Shown here piece by piece: positions 16,568-26,826 of a stretch of DNA of 64,000 nt. Source of the stretch: a virus. The notes below the pieces were generated by a model, which worked only from the letters and a program-made list of their open reading frames with translations, did not search any database and was not told where the DNA came from. The position numbers and the translations under genes were made by a program. How positions within the stretch are numbered: position 1 is the stretch's first letter; each line of letters begins with the position of its first letter. The stretch is taken from the IMG/VR virus record IMGVR_UViG_3300027769_000020, positions 27,528 to 91,527 of that record. The stretch is one strand, 5' to 3'.

Positions 16568-16882
16568 ATGGCAACTCTAGGAAATTTAACAACACAAGGT
16601 ACTTACTGGTCATCTGACCGTAATACATCAATTAACCTTAATACAGTTTCAAATACCAGTACTGATTTTGCAACTATGAATAGTAAGTTTGCAGATGGTG
16701 GTCTAAATGTTTATATTCAGAAACTTGGGTTAAAAATATATAAACAAAGTATACGTATTATAGAGCTTGAAAATAAAATGACTAAAGAAGAATGTGCTAA
16801 TTTAAAAGCTATGTTGGAATCAAATGATGAAGCATCTGTAATATTAGCTAAAGAAATAATTGATAATCTTGAGACAGCATGA
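16568..16882 (+). CDS. hypothetical protein
   Basis: C-terminal T.EE..N...ML.S.D motif shared with the next gene. Confidence 0.65.
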   Translation: MATLGNLTTQGTYWSSDRNTSINLNTVSNTSTDFATMNSKFADGGLNVYIQKLGLKIYKQSIRIIELENKMTKEECANLKAMLESNDEASVILAKEIIDNLETA

Positions 16883-17115
16883 CTAATATAACAGGTGTAC
16901 CAGAAAGAGAAATACATATTTATACTGGTATTAAAGGTATGGATATGATTAGTCATGCATTTGCTGTAAACAATAGTGTTGATTATGCAAAGTTTTTAAA
17001 AGATAAAGGTAAGATAACAGAAGAAGAATTAAGTAACATAACTAATATGTTAAACTCAAAAGATAGAGATAACTTTGAAGTAGCATTATTAGCACTAGAG
17101 CAATTAGGAAAATGA
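16879..17115 (+). CDS. hypothetical protein
   Basis: ITEEELSNITNMLNSKD motif; overlapping stop/start. Confidence 0.65.
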   Translation: MTNITGVPEREIHIYTGIKGMDMISHAFAVNNSVDYAKFLKDKGKITEEELSNITNMLNSKDRDNFEVALLALEQLGK

Positions 17116-17918
17116 GTATAGTATTTAAAGCAGATGATCATAGTTACACTAGCATTGAAGGTGAAGAGCAAATCAAGTGGACTAGTGTAACAAGTCTGAT
17201 ATCAAAACTTAAGAAACATTTTGATAAAGAAGGTGTAGCTAAAAAAGTTTCTAAAAATAAAAAATCTAAATGGTATGGTATTAAACCAGAAGATATCATT
17301 AAGATATGGGATGATGAAGCACTAAGAGCTACTACATTAGGTACATATTATCATAATCAAAGAGAGGCTGATCTATGCAGTCTATCTTCATTGGAAGTAG
17401 ATGGTGTTATTATTCCTATTGTACCTCCTGTACCTGAAATAGATAACTTAAAATATGCACCATCACAAAAATTAGAACCAGGTGTATATCCAGAACATAT
17501 GGTATATTTAAAATCTGCGGGCATTTGTGGTCAGTCAGATTTAGTTGAAGTAGTTAATGATAAAATAAACATCATAGATTACAAGACTAATAAGAAGATT
17601 GATGTTGAATCATATAAGGATTGGGATGGTATAAGTGATAAATTACAGGATCCTGTATCACATTTGGATGATTGTAATTTTAACCACTATGCACTTCAAT
17701 TAAGTATCTATATGTACATTATGCTTAAACATAATCCTAGATTAAAGCCAGGAAAAATGTTTATACATCATGTTACATTTGAATTAGAAGGTGAAGATGA
17801 ATATGGGTACCCAATTACTAAATATGATGATCAAGGTGATCCTGTAATCAAACAGGTAATACCTATGGAGATTCCATATTTAAAAGAAGAAGTAATAGCA
17901 ATTTTAAAAAGCTTATAA
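17112..17918 (+). CDS. PD-(D/E)XK (RecB/Cas4-like) exonuclease
   Basis: SVTSLI, GTYYH, CGQSDLV, IIDYKT and YALQLSIY motifs. Confidence 0.8.
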   Translation: MSIVFKADDHSYTSIEGEEQIKWTSVTSLISKLKKHFDKEGVAKKVSKNKKSKWYGIKPEDIIKIWDDEALRATTLGTYYHNQREADLCSLSSLEVDGVIIPIVPPVPEIDNLKYAPSQKLEPGVYPEHMVYLKSAGICGQSDLVEVVNDKINIIDYKTNKKIDVESYKDWDGISDKLQDPVSHLDDCNFNHYALQLSIYMYIMLKHNPRLKPGKMFIHHVTFELEGEDEYGYPITKYDDQGDPVIKQVIPMEIPYLKEEVIAILKSL

Positions 17919-17919
17919 T

Positions 17920-18435
17920 ATGTATACTAAACTATTTGACATACAGAATGGAGTAGTAGTACCAACAGAACACTGTTATACTCTACGTACTCTTAAAAAC
18001 ATAATGGAAAAGTATCCTGATAACTATCTTAAGATATATCAGTACTTATTCTATATGACATGTCCTAATCCAGATTCTAATCCATTCTTTCATACTCCTG
18101 AGATAGATAAAGAAGAAATTATTATAGAGGAGATAGAAGCAGATTTTTCTACAGAAGATGAAGCAATTAGGAATGCATTAAGATTCTGTGAAGATATGTA
18201 TAGTACTGCAACATCTAGAGCATATAAAGGTATGGCCTCAATGTTAGATAGATTAGCTAGATACATGGAAACTACAAGTATTACTGCAGGTAGAGATGGA
18301 AATATAAATTCATTGATTGCTGCAGCTAAAAACTTTGATCAGATTAGAGCTTCATTTAAGGGTGTATACAAAGATCTACAGGATGAGCAATCAAGTAAAG
18401 TACGTGGTGGAATTGGTATGGCTTATGATCAATAA
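17920..18435 (+). CDS. conserved helical protein upstream of terminase (candidate small terminase subunit)
   Basis: Position before TerL; C-terminal KVRGG; function inferred from position only. Confidence 0.45.
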   Translation: MYTKLFDIQNGVVVPTEHCYTLRTLKNIMEKYPDNYLKIYQYLFYMTCPNPDSNPFFHTPEIDKEEIIIEEIEADFSTEDEAIRNALRFCEDMYSTATSRAYKGMASMLDRLARYMETTSITAGRDGNINSLIAAAKNFDQIRASFKGVYKDLQDEQSSKVRGGIGMAYDQ

Positions 18436-18436
18436 T

Positions 18437-18769
18437 ATGGAAAAAGAAATTAAAATACCTATCTATGGAGGAAAGATTATATTTATATATGGTGAGTTAT
18501 CACATGTAAAAGATAAATATAATTTAAACTTTAATCCAAATGACTATGATGCAGTTGTGTTTGATGTTGAAGAAAAGGATCAGTTTATATTAGCATTTTC
18601 AGTAATTAAAGAATCTACATTAATGCATGAAATAATACATCTAGTAAATAATATTTTTAAAAGTAGAAATATAAAACTTGATATTGATAATGATGAACCT
18701 CAAGCATATTTAGGAGGGTGGATTGCAGATGAATTATATACTTTTATTAAAGAGTCAATAAACAAGTAA
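18437..18769 (+). CDS. small zincin-like metallopeptidase (HExxH)
   Basis: LMHEIIH...DEPQAY; ATG at 18437 follows the upstream stop. Confidence 0.6.
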   Translation: MEKEIKIPIYGGKIIFIYGELSHVKDKYNLNFNPNDYDAVVFDVEEKDQFILAFSVIKESTLMHEIIHLVNNIFKSRNIKLDIDNDEPQAYLGGWIADELYTFIKESINK

Positions 18770-18770
18770 C

Positions 18771-20975
18771 ATGGAAAATATATATACAGATATACCTACT
18801 TGGGATAATGGTACTTGGACTACTACATCTTTTGAATCCAGAAAAGATTTTGGTGACTTTGTATTATCTATATTTAAAGAACCAGGTCAATATGAGTTTG
18901 ATGAAGTAAGTAATAAGGTATTTAATTCTGAGTCAACTAAATTCAATAAAGACAAAGTATATTGTGTAGCCCCATTTAAATCTAAAGATTTTATTAACTA
19001 CTGGGATGATCAAAAAGCTAAGTGTAGATTAGGTTTAATTGTTAAGAATGATAATAAGACTTGGTACCTTACTAGAGATTATTACATGTGGTTAAACTTC
19101 TTACCTATCTTTGATAAGGAGGAGCAAAACTTTGGGTTTGCTAAAATCAGGGATGCACAATATCATATGGCCCTGTATGAAATACTAGCAGAGATAAACT
19201 ACATGCATGTAGCTATTCTTAAAAAACGTCAGATAGCATCATCATACTTTCATGCAGGTAAACTTATTAATCAGTTATGGTTTGAGGCCGGTGTAACTTT
19301 AAAGATGGGAGCATCACTTAAAGATTACATTAATGAGAAAGGTACATGGAAATTCTTATCAGAGTATGCAGCATTCTTGAATGAACATACAGCATGGTAT
19401 AGACCAATGTCACCAGATAAAGTAATGATGTGGCAACAAAAGATTGAGGTCAGAAAAGGAGACAGAAAAACTGAAGCAGGTTTAAAAGGTACTATGCAAG
19501 GTATGTCTTTTGAGAAAGATCCAACAAATGGTGTAGGGGGTCCGGTTAAATACTTCTTCCATGAGGAGGCAGGAATTGCTCCAAAGATGGATACAACATT
19601 TGGTTATATCAAACCAGCACTTAAATCAGGTATGATTACTACAGGATTATTTATTGCTGCAGGATCAGTAGGGGATTTGGATCAGTGTGAACCACTAAAG
19701 AAAATGATTCTGGATCCATTAAGTAATGATATATACGCAGTAGAAACTAATCTTATTGATAAAGAAGGTACAATAGGTAAGTCAGGTTTATTTATACCTG
19801 AACAATGGTCAATGCCACCATACATAGATGACTATGGTAATAGTCTAGTAGAAGAAGCATTAATTGCTCTTGATGAATTCTTTGCTGAAATTAAAAGAAA
19901 CAAAGAAGCTAAAGATTATCAACTTGAGGTATCACAGCATCCAAGAAATATAGAAGAAGCATTTGCATTTAGAAAAGCATCTAAGTTTCCACCACATCTT
20001 GTTAATGCTCAGATAAAGAGAATTGAAGAGAAAGAATACTCATCAGAGTATTTAGATATATCTAGAGATGATACAGGTAAAGTAAAAGTAGCATCTACTA
20101 ATAAGTTACCTATTGCTGAATTCCCTATATCTAAGAAGACAGAAGATAAAACTGGTACATTAGTAGTATGGGAAAGACCCGTTGCAGATCCGTCATTTGG
20201 TATGTATTATGCTAGTATTGACCCCGTGGCAGAAGGTAAAACTACTACATCTGAATCATTATGTTCTATATATGTAGTAAAAGCACCTATAGAAGTTACT
20301 AAGATAACTAACGGTGAAGCAGAAACATATTTAGAAAGAGATAAAATAGTAGCTGCATGGTGTGGTAGGTTTGATGATATCAATAAAACACATGAGAGAC
20401 TGGAGTTAATTATAGAATGGTACAACGCCTGGACAATAGTTGAGAATAATATTTCTCAATTTATTAACCATATGATTAACAGAAAGAAACAAAGATATCT
20501 TGTACCTAGAAACCAGATTGTATTCTTAAAAGATGTAGGTGCTAATGCTAATGTATTTCAAGAATATGGTTGGAGAAATACGGGCACATTATTTAAGAAT
20601 CACATGATCAGTTATACTATTGAATATCTTACTGAAGAAATAGATCATATACAGAAAGATGATGGTACTACTGTAAAGATACATTATGGTGTAGAAAGAA
20701 TACCAGATATTATGTTGTTAAAAGAAATGCAAGCTTACCAGGATGGTGTCAACGTGGATAGGTTGGTGTCCTTTGCTGCACTTGTTTCTTTTATTAAAAT
20801 ACAACAAGCTAACATAGGTTATACCAAAAGAGTAGTAATGGATGAAGCAAGTAAAAACTTGCAAAAGTCTGAAAATTTGTATAAATTAAATAGTAGTCCT
20901 TTTAGACATATGGGTAGAAGTGGTCTTGGTCCAAATCAAAAGTTAAACAGATCACCTTTTAAAAATTTAAAATAA
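18771..20975 (+). CDS. terL: terminase large subunit
   Basis: Walker A-like LKKRQIASS, Walker B FFHEEAG, nuclease SIDP, ENN and DRLVSF motifs. Confidence 0.9.
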   Translation: MENIYTDIPTWDNGTWTTTSFESRKDFGDFVLSIFKEPGQYEFDEVSNKVFNSESTKFNKDKVYCVAPFKSKDFINYWDDQKAKCRLGLIVKNDNKTWYLTRDYYMWLNFLPIFDKEEQNFGFAKIRDAQYHMALYEILAEINYMHVAILKKRQIASSYFHAGKLINQLWFEAGVTLKMGASLKDYINEKGTWKFLSEYAAFLNEHTAWYRPMSPDKVMMWQQKIEVRKGDRKTEAGLKGTMQGMSFEKDPTNGVGGPVKYFFHEEAGIAPKMDTTFGYIKPALKSGMITTGLFIAAGSVGDLDQCEPLKKMILDPLSNDIYAVETNLIDKEGTIGKSGLFIPEQWSMPPYIDDYGNSLVEEALIALDEFFAEIKRNKEAKDYQLEVSQHPRNIEEAFAFRKASKFPPHLVNAQIKRIEEKEYSSEYLDISRDDTGKVKVASTNKLPIAEFPISKKTEDKTGTLVVWERPVADPSFGMYYASIDPVAEGKTTTSESLCSIYVVKAPIEVTKITNGEAETYLERDKIVAAWCGRFDDINKTHERLELIIEWYNAWTIVENNISQFINHMINRKKQRYLVPRNQIVFLKDVGANANVFQEYGWRNTGTLFKNHMISYTIEYLTEEIDHIQKDDGTTVKIHYGVERIPDIMLLKEMQAYQDGVNVDRLVSFAALVSFIKIQQANIGYTKRVVMDEASKNLQKSENLYKLNSSPFRHMGRSGLGPNQKLNRSPFKNLK

Positions 20976-20981
20976 AAAAGT

Positions 20982-23732
20982 ATGCAAGTATATAATGCTC
21001 TTCAGCTCAAAAAAGGAGCTAAAACTGAACATAATAGATTAGGTAGTATCACACAACCTTTACAGTTTATCCCTAAAAAGGAAAAGGATGACAAGTGGGC
21101 TGCATGGAATCTTGACTGGTTAGAGTGGAATGGACTTAAACAGATTAAAAGAAATGCACGTAGGTTAATGAAGAATTATAAATTAGCTAAAGGTGTTATT
21201 GATAAATCTGATTACATCATTGAAGAAGACAATGACTACAGAGATATTATTGAGACACTTACTAAAGAAGATGCTTCCGCGCTTGAGTTAAAGTTTTATC
21301 CTATTATCCCTAATGTTATAAATGTATTAGTAGCTGAGTTTGCTAAAAGATCTAGTAAGTTATCATACCGTGCAGTTGATGAAGGTTCCTACAATGAAAT
21401 GATGGAGCAAAAAAGACAAATGGTGGAGGACGTATTAATGCAAGATGCACAGATGAAGATTATATCTGCATTAATTGAACAAGGTCTGGATCCACAATCT
21501 GAAGAAGCACAACAACAATTATCACCAGATAAAATTAAATCATTACCTGAGATTGAGTCATTCTTTAAAAAAGACTACAGATCTATGGTAGAACAATGGG
21601 CTACTCACCAACATGAAGTAGATGTTGAAAGATTTAGAATGGATGAGTTAGAAGAAAGAGGTTTCAGAGATATGCTTATTACAGATAGAGAGTTCTGGCA
21701 TATGCGTATGATGGAAGATGATTATGATGTTGAGTTATGGAATCCTGTACTTACATTTTATCATAAGTCTCCTGATGCAAGATATATATCTCAATCAAAC
21801 TGGGTAGGTAAAACAGATATGTTAACTGTAGCTGATGTTATTGATAAGTATGGATACTTGATGAATGAAGATCAGATGGCATCACTTGAAGCTATTTATC
21901 CAATTAGGTCTGCGGGATATAATATTGGTGGTACTCAGAATGACGGATCTTTCTATGACGCTACTAAGTCTCATGAATGGAATACTAATATGCCATCATT
22001 AGGATTTAGACAATACTCAACTGCAGCAGCAAACAGTATCTTTAATGGAGGTGATATAGTTAACTACATACTTAGAGAAGGTGAAGATTACTATGATCAA
22101 GGTACAGCATACTTATTAAGAGTAACTACAGCATATTGGAAGTCTCAAAGAAAGGTAGGGCACTTAACTAAAGTTACAGACTCTGGTGAAGTTATCACTG
22201 AAATTGTTACAGAAGATTATAAAGTAACTGATAATCCTATATATGATACTAAGTTATTTAAAAATAAAACTAAAGATAATCTAGTATATGGAGAACACAT
22301 TGACTGGATCTGGATTAATGAAGTATGGGGTGGTGTAAAAATAGGACCTAATATTCCATCATTCTGGGGTATGAATAACCCAGGTGGTTTTACTCCTTTA
22401 TATATTGGAGTTGATAAACAAAACATTGCTCCATTAAGATTCCAATTTAAAGGTGATAATTCTATATATGGATGTAAGTTACCTGTGGAAGGTGCAGTGT
22501 TCTCAGATAGAAATACTAAGTCTACTGCTTTAATAGATTTAATGAAACCATTCCAAATTGGTTACAACATTGTAAATAATCAGATAGCAGATATCTTAGT
22601 AGATGAATTAGGTACAGTAATCTTACTTGACCAGAATGCATTACCAAGACACTCAATGGGTGAAGACTGGGGTAAAAACAACTTAGCTAAAGCTTATGTT
22701 GCAATGAAAAACTTCCAGATGTTACCATTAGATACATCTATTACTAATACAGAGAATGCATTAAACTTTCAGCATTTTCAAAAATTAGACCTTGAACAAA
22801 CTAGTAGGTTAATGTCAAGAATCCAATTAGCAGGATACTTTAAACAACAAGCATATGAAGTAATAGGTATTAATCCACAAAGAATGGGACAACAACTTTC
22901 TCAACAAACTGCAACAGGAGTTGAGCAAGCAGTAGGTGCTTCTTATGCACAAACTGAAATGTACTTTATTCAACACTCAGATTACTTAATGCCAAGAGTA
23001 CACCAGATGAGAACTGACTTAGCTCAATTCTATCATTCTACTAAACCTTCTGCAAGATTAACATATGTTACTGCAGCAGAGGAGAAAGTAAACTTCCAGA
23101 TTAATGGTACAGATTTGTTAATGAGAGATTTAAATATCTTTGCTACAACTAAAGCTAATTACAGAGCTGTATTAGAACAGTTGAAAAACATGGCAATTAA
23201 TAATAATACTACTGGAGCATCTATCTATGACTTAGGTAAGTTAATGCAATCTGAAAGTATTTCTGAATTAAACTCTGTACTTAAAAACTCAGAAGCTAAG
23301 ATTAAAGCTCAGAAAGATGCAGAAATGCAACATCAACAACAAATGCAAGAGCAAGCATTACAAGCTAAAGCACAAGAAGAAAAACTTAAAGCTGATAGTT
23401 TAGAGTTAAGAGAAGAGAAAAACAGACAAAGAGATATACTTGTTGCTGAAATTAGAGCTGCTGGATTTGGTGCTACTCAAGATATTAATCAAAATCAAAT
23501 GTCAGACTTTACTGATACTATGAGAGATATACAAAAGACTGAACAGTTTACAAGTCAGATGAGTCTTGAAAGACAGAAAGAGTCTAACCGTATGTCAGTA
23601 GATAATCAGAAGAATCAACTTGAAAGAGAAAAGCTTATGACACAGAAAGAAATAGCTGATAAACAACTACAAGTAGCTAGAGAAAATAAGAATAAGTATG
23701 ATTCAAAGAATAAGTCAGAAAATAAGAAATAA
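20982..23732 (+). CDS. portal protein
   Basis: 916 aa after TerL; YPIIPNVINVL, LIDLMKPFQI.YNIV, GI.PQRMGQ; coiled-coil C-terminus typical of crAss-like portals. Confidence 0.85.
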   Translation: MQVYNALQLKKGAKTEHNRLGSITQPLQFIPKKEKDDKWAAWNLDWLEWNGLKQIKRNARRLMKNYKLAKGVIDKSDYIIEEDNDYRDIIETLTKEDASALELKFYPIIPNVINVLVAEFAKRSSKLSYRAVDEGSYNEMMEQKRQMVEDVLMQDAQMKIISALIEQGLDPQSEEAQQQLSPDKIKSLPEIESFFKKDYRSMVEQWATHQHEVDVERFRMDELEERGFRDMLITDREFWHMRMMEDDYDVELWNPVLTFYHKSPDARYISQSNWVGKTDMLTVADVIDKYGYLMNEDQMASLEAIYPIRSAGYNIGGTQNDGSFYDATKSHEWNTNMPSLGFRQYSTAAANSIFNGGDIVNYILREGEDYYDQGTAYLLRVTTAYWKSQRKVGHLTKVTDSGEVITEIVTEDYKVTDNPIYDTKLFKNKTKDNLVYGEHIDWIWINEVWGGVKIGPNIPSFWGMNNPGGFTPLYIGVDKQNIAPLRFQFKGDNSIYGCKLPVEGAVFSDRNTKSTALIDLMKPFQIGYNIVNNQIADILVDELGTVILLDQNALPRHSMGEDWGKNNLAKAYVAMKNFQMLPLDTSITNTENALNFQHFQKLDLEQTSRLMSRIQLAGYFKQQAYEVIGINPQRMGQQLSQQTATGVEQAVGASYAQTEMYFIQHSDYLMPRVHQMRTDLAQFYHSTKPSARLTYVTAAEEKVNFQINGTDLLMRDLNIFATTKANYRAVLEQLKNMAINNNTTGASIYDLGKLMQSESISELNSVLKNSEAKIKAQKDAEMQHQQQMQEQALQAKAQEEKLKADSLELREEKNRQRDILVAEIRAAGFGATQDINQNQMSDFTDTMRDIQKTEQFTSQMSLERQKESNRMSVDNQKNQLEREKLMTQKEIADKQLQVARENKNKYDSKNKSENKK

Positions 23733-23845
23733 GGTTTAGCTATATAGTGCAAAAAATCAAATTGTAAAAATAGTGTATTTTAAATTTTAGAAGTTTATTT
23801 GTAAAAAAATAATTATATTATTAATAGTAACATAAAGACCAACAT

Positions 23846-25096
23846 ATGAATACTGATGAGCAAACAACACAAGATAACACTACAGTATCACAAGTAGATG
23901 TGAACTTAGATGAGTTATTTGGAATGCCTGGTGCGGATAACGTGATGCTACCAGAAGAGGAAGAGGAGAAAAAAACCCTTTTTACTAAAGAAGAAAAAAC
24001 TGATTTTGACTTTTTAGATAGCAAAACAGGAGTAACTAGTAAACAAGTAACACCTGAAGAAACTATTACTAAAGAAGAAGTTGAAGAGACAATTGCTGAA
24101 TTGGATAACTTAATTAGTCAAGAAGAGGATGCTGGTAATAAAGGTAGACCAAAAGTTGACAAGTCTGGGTTATATGACTTAGCTTCTAAAATGATTGAGG
24201 AAGGTACACTATTTGGATTTGATGATGATAAACCATTAGAGGAGTACACTACTAAAGACTTTAGAGAATTGTTTGAAGCTAACTTTCAGGAGAAAGAAAG
24301 AAAGATTAAAGAGGATGTGCCAAAAGAATTCTTTAATGCTTTACCTGATGAGTTAAAAGCTGCAGCTAAATATGTTGCTGATGGTGGACAAGACTTAAAA
24401 GGTTTATTCAGAACTCTTGCTCAAGTAGAAGAAGTATTTGAATTAGATCCAGAGGATGAGAATCATCAAGCTGAGATTGCAAGACAATACTTATATGCTA
24501 CTAACTTTGGTTCACCAGAGGAGATTGAGGCAGAGATTGAGGACTGGGCTGATGTAGATAAACTTGAGCAAAAAGCAAAACAGTTTAAACCAAAATTAGA
24601 CAGAATGCAGGAAGAGATTTTATCTAGAAAACTTGCAGAACAGGAAAGTAAAAAAGAGCAACAAATACAAGCTGCTAAACAATACACGGATAATGTGTAT
24701 AATGTATTATCAGTAGGGGAACTTGATGGTGTCAAGCTTGACAAAAAAGTTCAGAATATGTTATATAGTGGATTAGTGCAACCATCTTATCCATCTATAT
24801 CAGGTAAACCTACAAACTTATTAGGACACCTATTAGAGAAGTATCAGTTTGTAGAACCAAGACATGACCTTATTGCTGAAGCATTATGGTTACTTGCAGA
24901 TCCAGATGGTTATAAAAATAAGATTAAAGACCAAGGTACTAAAGCTGCAACTGAGAAAACAGTAAGAATGTTGAAAACTGAAGAGGCTAAAAAATTATCT
25001 TCATCATCATCAACAGAAGAAAAACAAGCTCCTAGAAAAACAACAGGTAATACTATTTCTAGAAGCACACCAAATAATATGTTTAAAAGATTTTAA
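23846..25096 (+). CDS. acidic scaffold-like protein
   Basis: Acidic, helical, located between portal and MCP. Confidence 0.6.
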   Translation: MNTDEQTTQDNTTVSQVDVNLDELFGMPGADNVMLPEEEEEKKTLFTKEEKTDFDFLDSKTGVTSKQVTPEETITKEEVEETIAELDNLISQEEDAGNKGRPKVDKSGLYDLASKMIEEGTLFGFDDDKPLEEYTTKDFRELFEANFQEKERKIKEDVPKEFFNALPDELKAAAKYVADGGQDLKGLFRTLAQVEEVFELDPEDENHQAEIARQYLYATNFGSPEEIEAEIEDWADVDKLEQKAKQFKPKLDRMQEEILSRKLAEQESKKEQQIQAAKQYTDNVYNVLSVGELDGVKLDKKVQNMLYSGLVQPSYPSISGKPTNLLGHLLEKYQFVEPRHDLIAEALWLLADPDGYKNKIKDQGTKAATEKTVRMLKTEEAKKLSSSSSTEEKQAPRKTTGNTISRSTPNNMFKRF

Positions 25097-25126
25097 TAAA
25101 CAATATAAACAAATAAACAAATACAA

Positions 25127-26743
25127 ATGGCAACTCCAGTATTAAATAATGGTATATTCCTGCGTGATACGGCATACAATGCTAGTTCACATGTGGATTC
25201 ATACCATTTACAAAACATGCTAAAAGATGCAGAACCAATGGATTTAGGTCCAGTAGACTTATGGGCTATGGCTCAAAAAGTTGAAATGCCTTTATACCAG
25301 TTGTCTTCTTTTGGTGGAAAAAATGTTATCAATGTGGATAACGCAAGAGGTGAGTACAAATGGCAAACTCCAGTATCTATTGATCTACCTTACATTGTAG
25401 AAGATATTGAACCAGGTAATACTGCTAAAGGTATTGAAGGAACTACTTTCAAAATCAAGTTGAATAAACGTGAGTTTGGACATGGTGATATCATTACTTA
25501 TGACAAGTATAATGGTGTTGAGATGTACATTACTGCTGATGATATCTTACCTATTGGTGATGGTTTCATCTATACAGTACAGTTAGTTAACAATGATAAC
25601 TATAAGTACATTGATAATGCTTACTTGGCTAATGGTACTAAAGTATTCCGTAAAGGTTCTGCTAGAGGTGAGTATGGTGAGAGATTCTCTGACATCCAAA
25701 CTAACACAGGATTCCGTGAGTACTACAACTACGTTGGTGGTGCTGAAGCACACGTTCATTACTCTATCTCTTCTAGAGCAGATTTAATGATTAAAGGTGG
25801 TATGAATGCAGATGGTACAGTTCCTGTAACTGAAATCTGGAGATCACACTTAAAAGGATTAGATCCATCTATTTCATCTTTAGATGATATGGTTAAAGTA
25901 ATGGGTAAAGACTCAGTTAAAAAAGCATTTGATAATGGTGATTTATCAAGAACTTTCTTAACTAATATGGAGGCTGCACACTTAACTAAGATTGCATCTG
26001 ATATTGAGACTTACTTAATGTGGGGTCATGGTGGTAGAGTACGTCAAGACGGACCAGATGATGTAAGATTATCTGTAGGTTTATGGAAACAGTTAGATAA
26101 CTCTTTCAAACGTATCTATAACAAAAACAACTTTAACTTAGACTTATTCAGAGGAGAGTTATACAACTTCTTCAATGGTAAGGTTGAGTTCCAAGGACCA
26201 GATCCTAAACGTCAACTTGTTGTACAAACAGGTATGGGTGGTATGAGAATGGTTAATGAAGCTATTAAACAAGAAGCTATTTCTTCAGGTTTATTAATTC
26301 AAGCTGCTGATATCGGTGCTATCACTGGTAAAGGTATGGACTTAAACTTTGGATTTGCTTATACATCTTACGTTATTCCATTCTTGGCTAATGTTAAGTT
26401 TGTATTGAACCCAGCATTTGACAATGTTCATACTAATGATATTGAGAACCCAATCATTGATGGTTTCCCATTATCTTCTTACTCATTCATTATTTTTGAT
26501 ATCACAGATAATACTAATGACAACATTTACATGTTGAAATTATCTTGGGATAATCAATTGAAATGGTGGTACCAAAATGGAACAATGGACTACATGGGTA
26601 GATCTCAAGGATTCCAGTCTTCAGGACAATTCAACGGTTACCGTGTAATGATGTCTCAAACAATGCCTGCTATTTGGGTTAAAGATCCAACTAAAGTATT
26701 GAAAATTGTTATGAGAAACCCAATTACAGGTGGATCATTCTAA
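25127..26743 (+). CDS. major capsid protein
   Basis: 538 aa, strong codon bias, position after scaffold, followed by a terminator. Confidence 0.85.
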   Translation: MATPVLNNGIFLRDTAYNASSHVDSYHLQNMLKDAEPMDLGPVDLWAMAQKVEMPLYQLSSFGGKNVINVDNARGEYKWQTPVSIDLPYIVEDIEPGNTAKGIEGTTFKIKLNKREFGHGDIITYDKYNGVEMYITADDILPIGDGFIYTVQLVNNDNYKYIDNAYLANGTKVFRKGSARGEYGERFSDIQTNTGFREYYNYVGGAEAHVHYSISSRADLMIKGGMNADGTVPVTEIWRSHLKGLDPSISSLDDMVKVMGKDSVKKAFDNGDLSRTFLTNMEAAHLTKIASDIETYLMWGHGGRVRQDGPDDVRLSVGLWKQLDNSFKRIYNKNNFNLDLFRGELYNFFNGKVEFQGPDPKRQLVVQTGMGGMRMVNEAIKQEAISSGLLIQAADIGAITGKGMDLNFGFAYTSYVIPFLANVKFVLNPAFDNVHTNDIENPIIDGFPLSSYSFIIFDITDNTNDNIYMLKLSWDNQLKWWYQNGTMDYMGRSQGFQSSGQFNGYRVMMSQTMPAIWVKDPTKVLKIVMRNPITGGSF

Positions 26744-26754
26744 TATGTCAAAGC

Positions 26755-26786
26755 AAAAAAAGGAGGGGCCAGTCTCCTCCTTTTTT
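26755..26786 (+). terminator. intrinsic (bidirectional) terminator after MCP
   Basis: A7-GGAGG...CCTCC-T6. Confidence 0.75.
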
Positions 26787-26826
26787 ATTATATTTACAAT
26801 TATAAACATTTTAAAACCAACATAAA

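Noticed and set aside
17112-17918. Cas4 as evidence of a CRISPR system
   Set aside because: A stand-alone PD-(D/E)XK nuclease without the Fe-S Cys cluster pattern; no array or other cas genes
25098-25126. AAACAAAT repeats before the MCP gene as a target of the 39711-39721 loop
   Set aside because: They lack the CC core, so pairing is limited to about 6 nt; more likely just a strong A-rich initiation region
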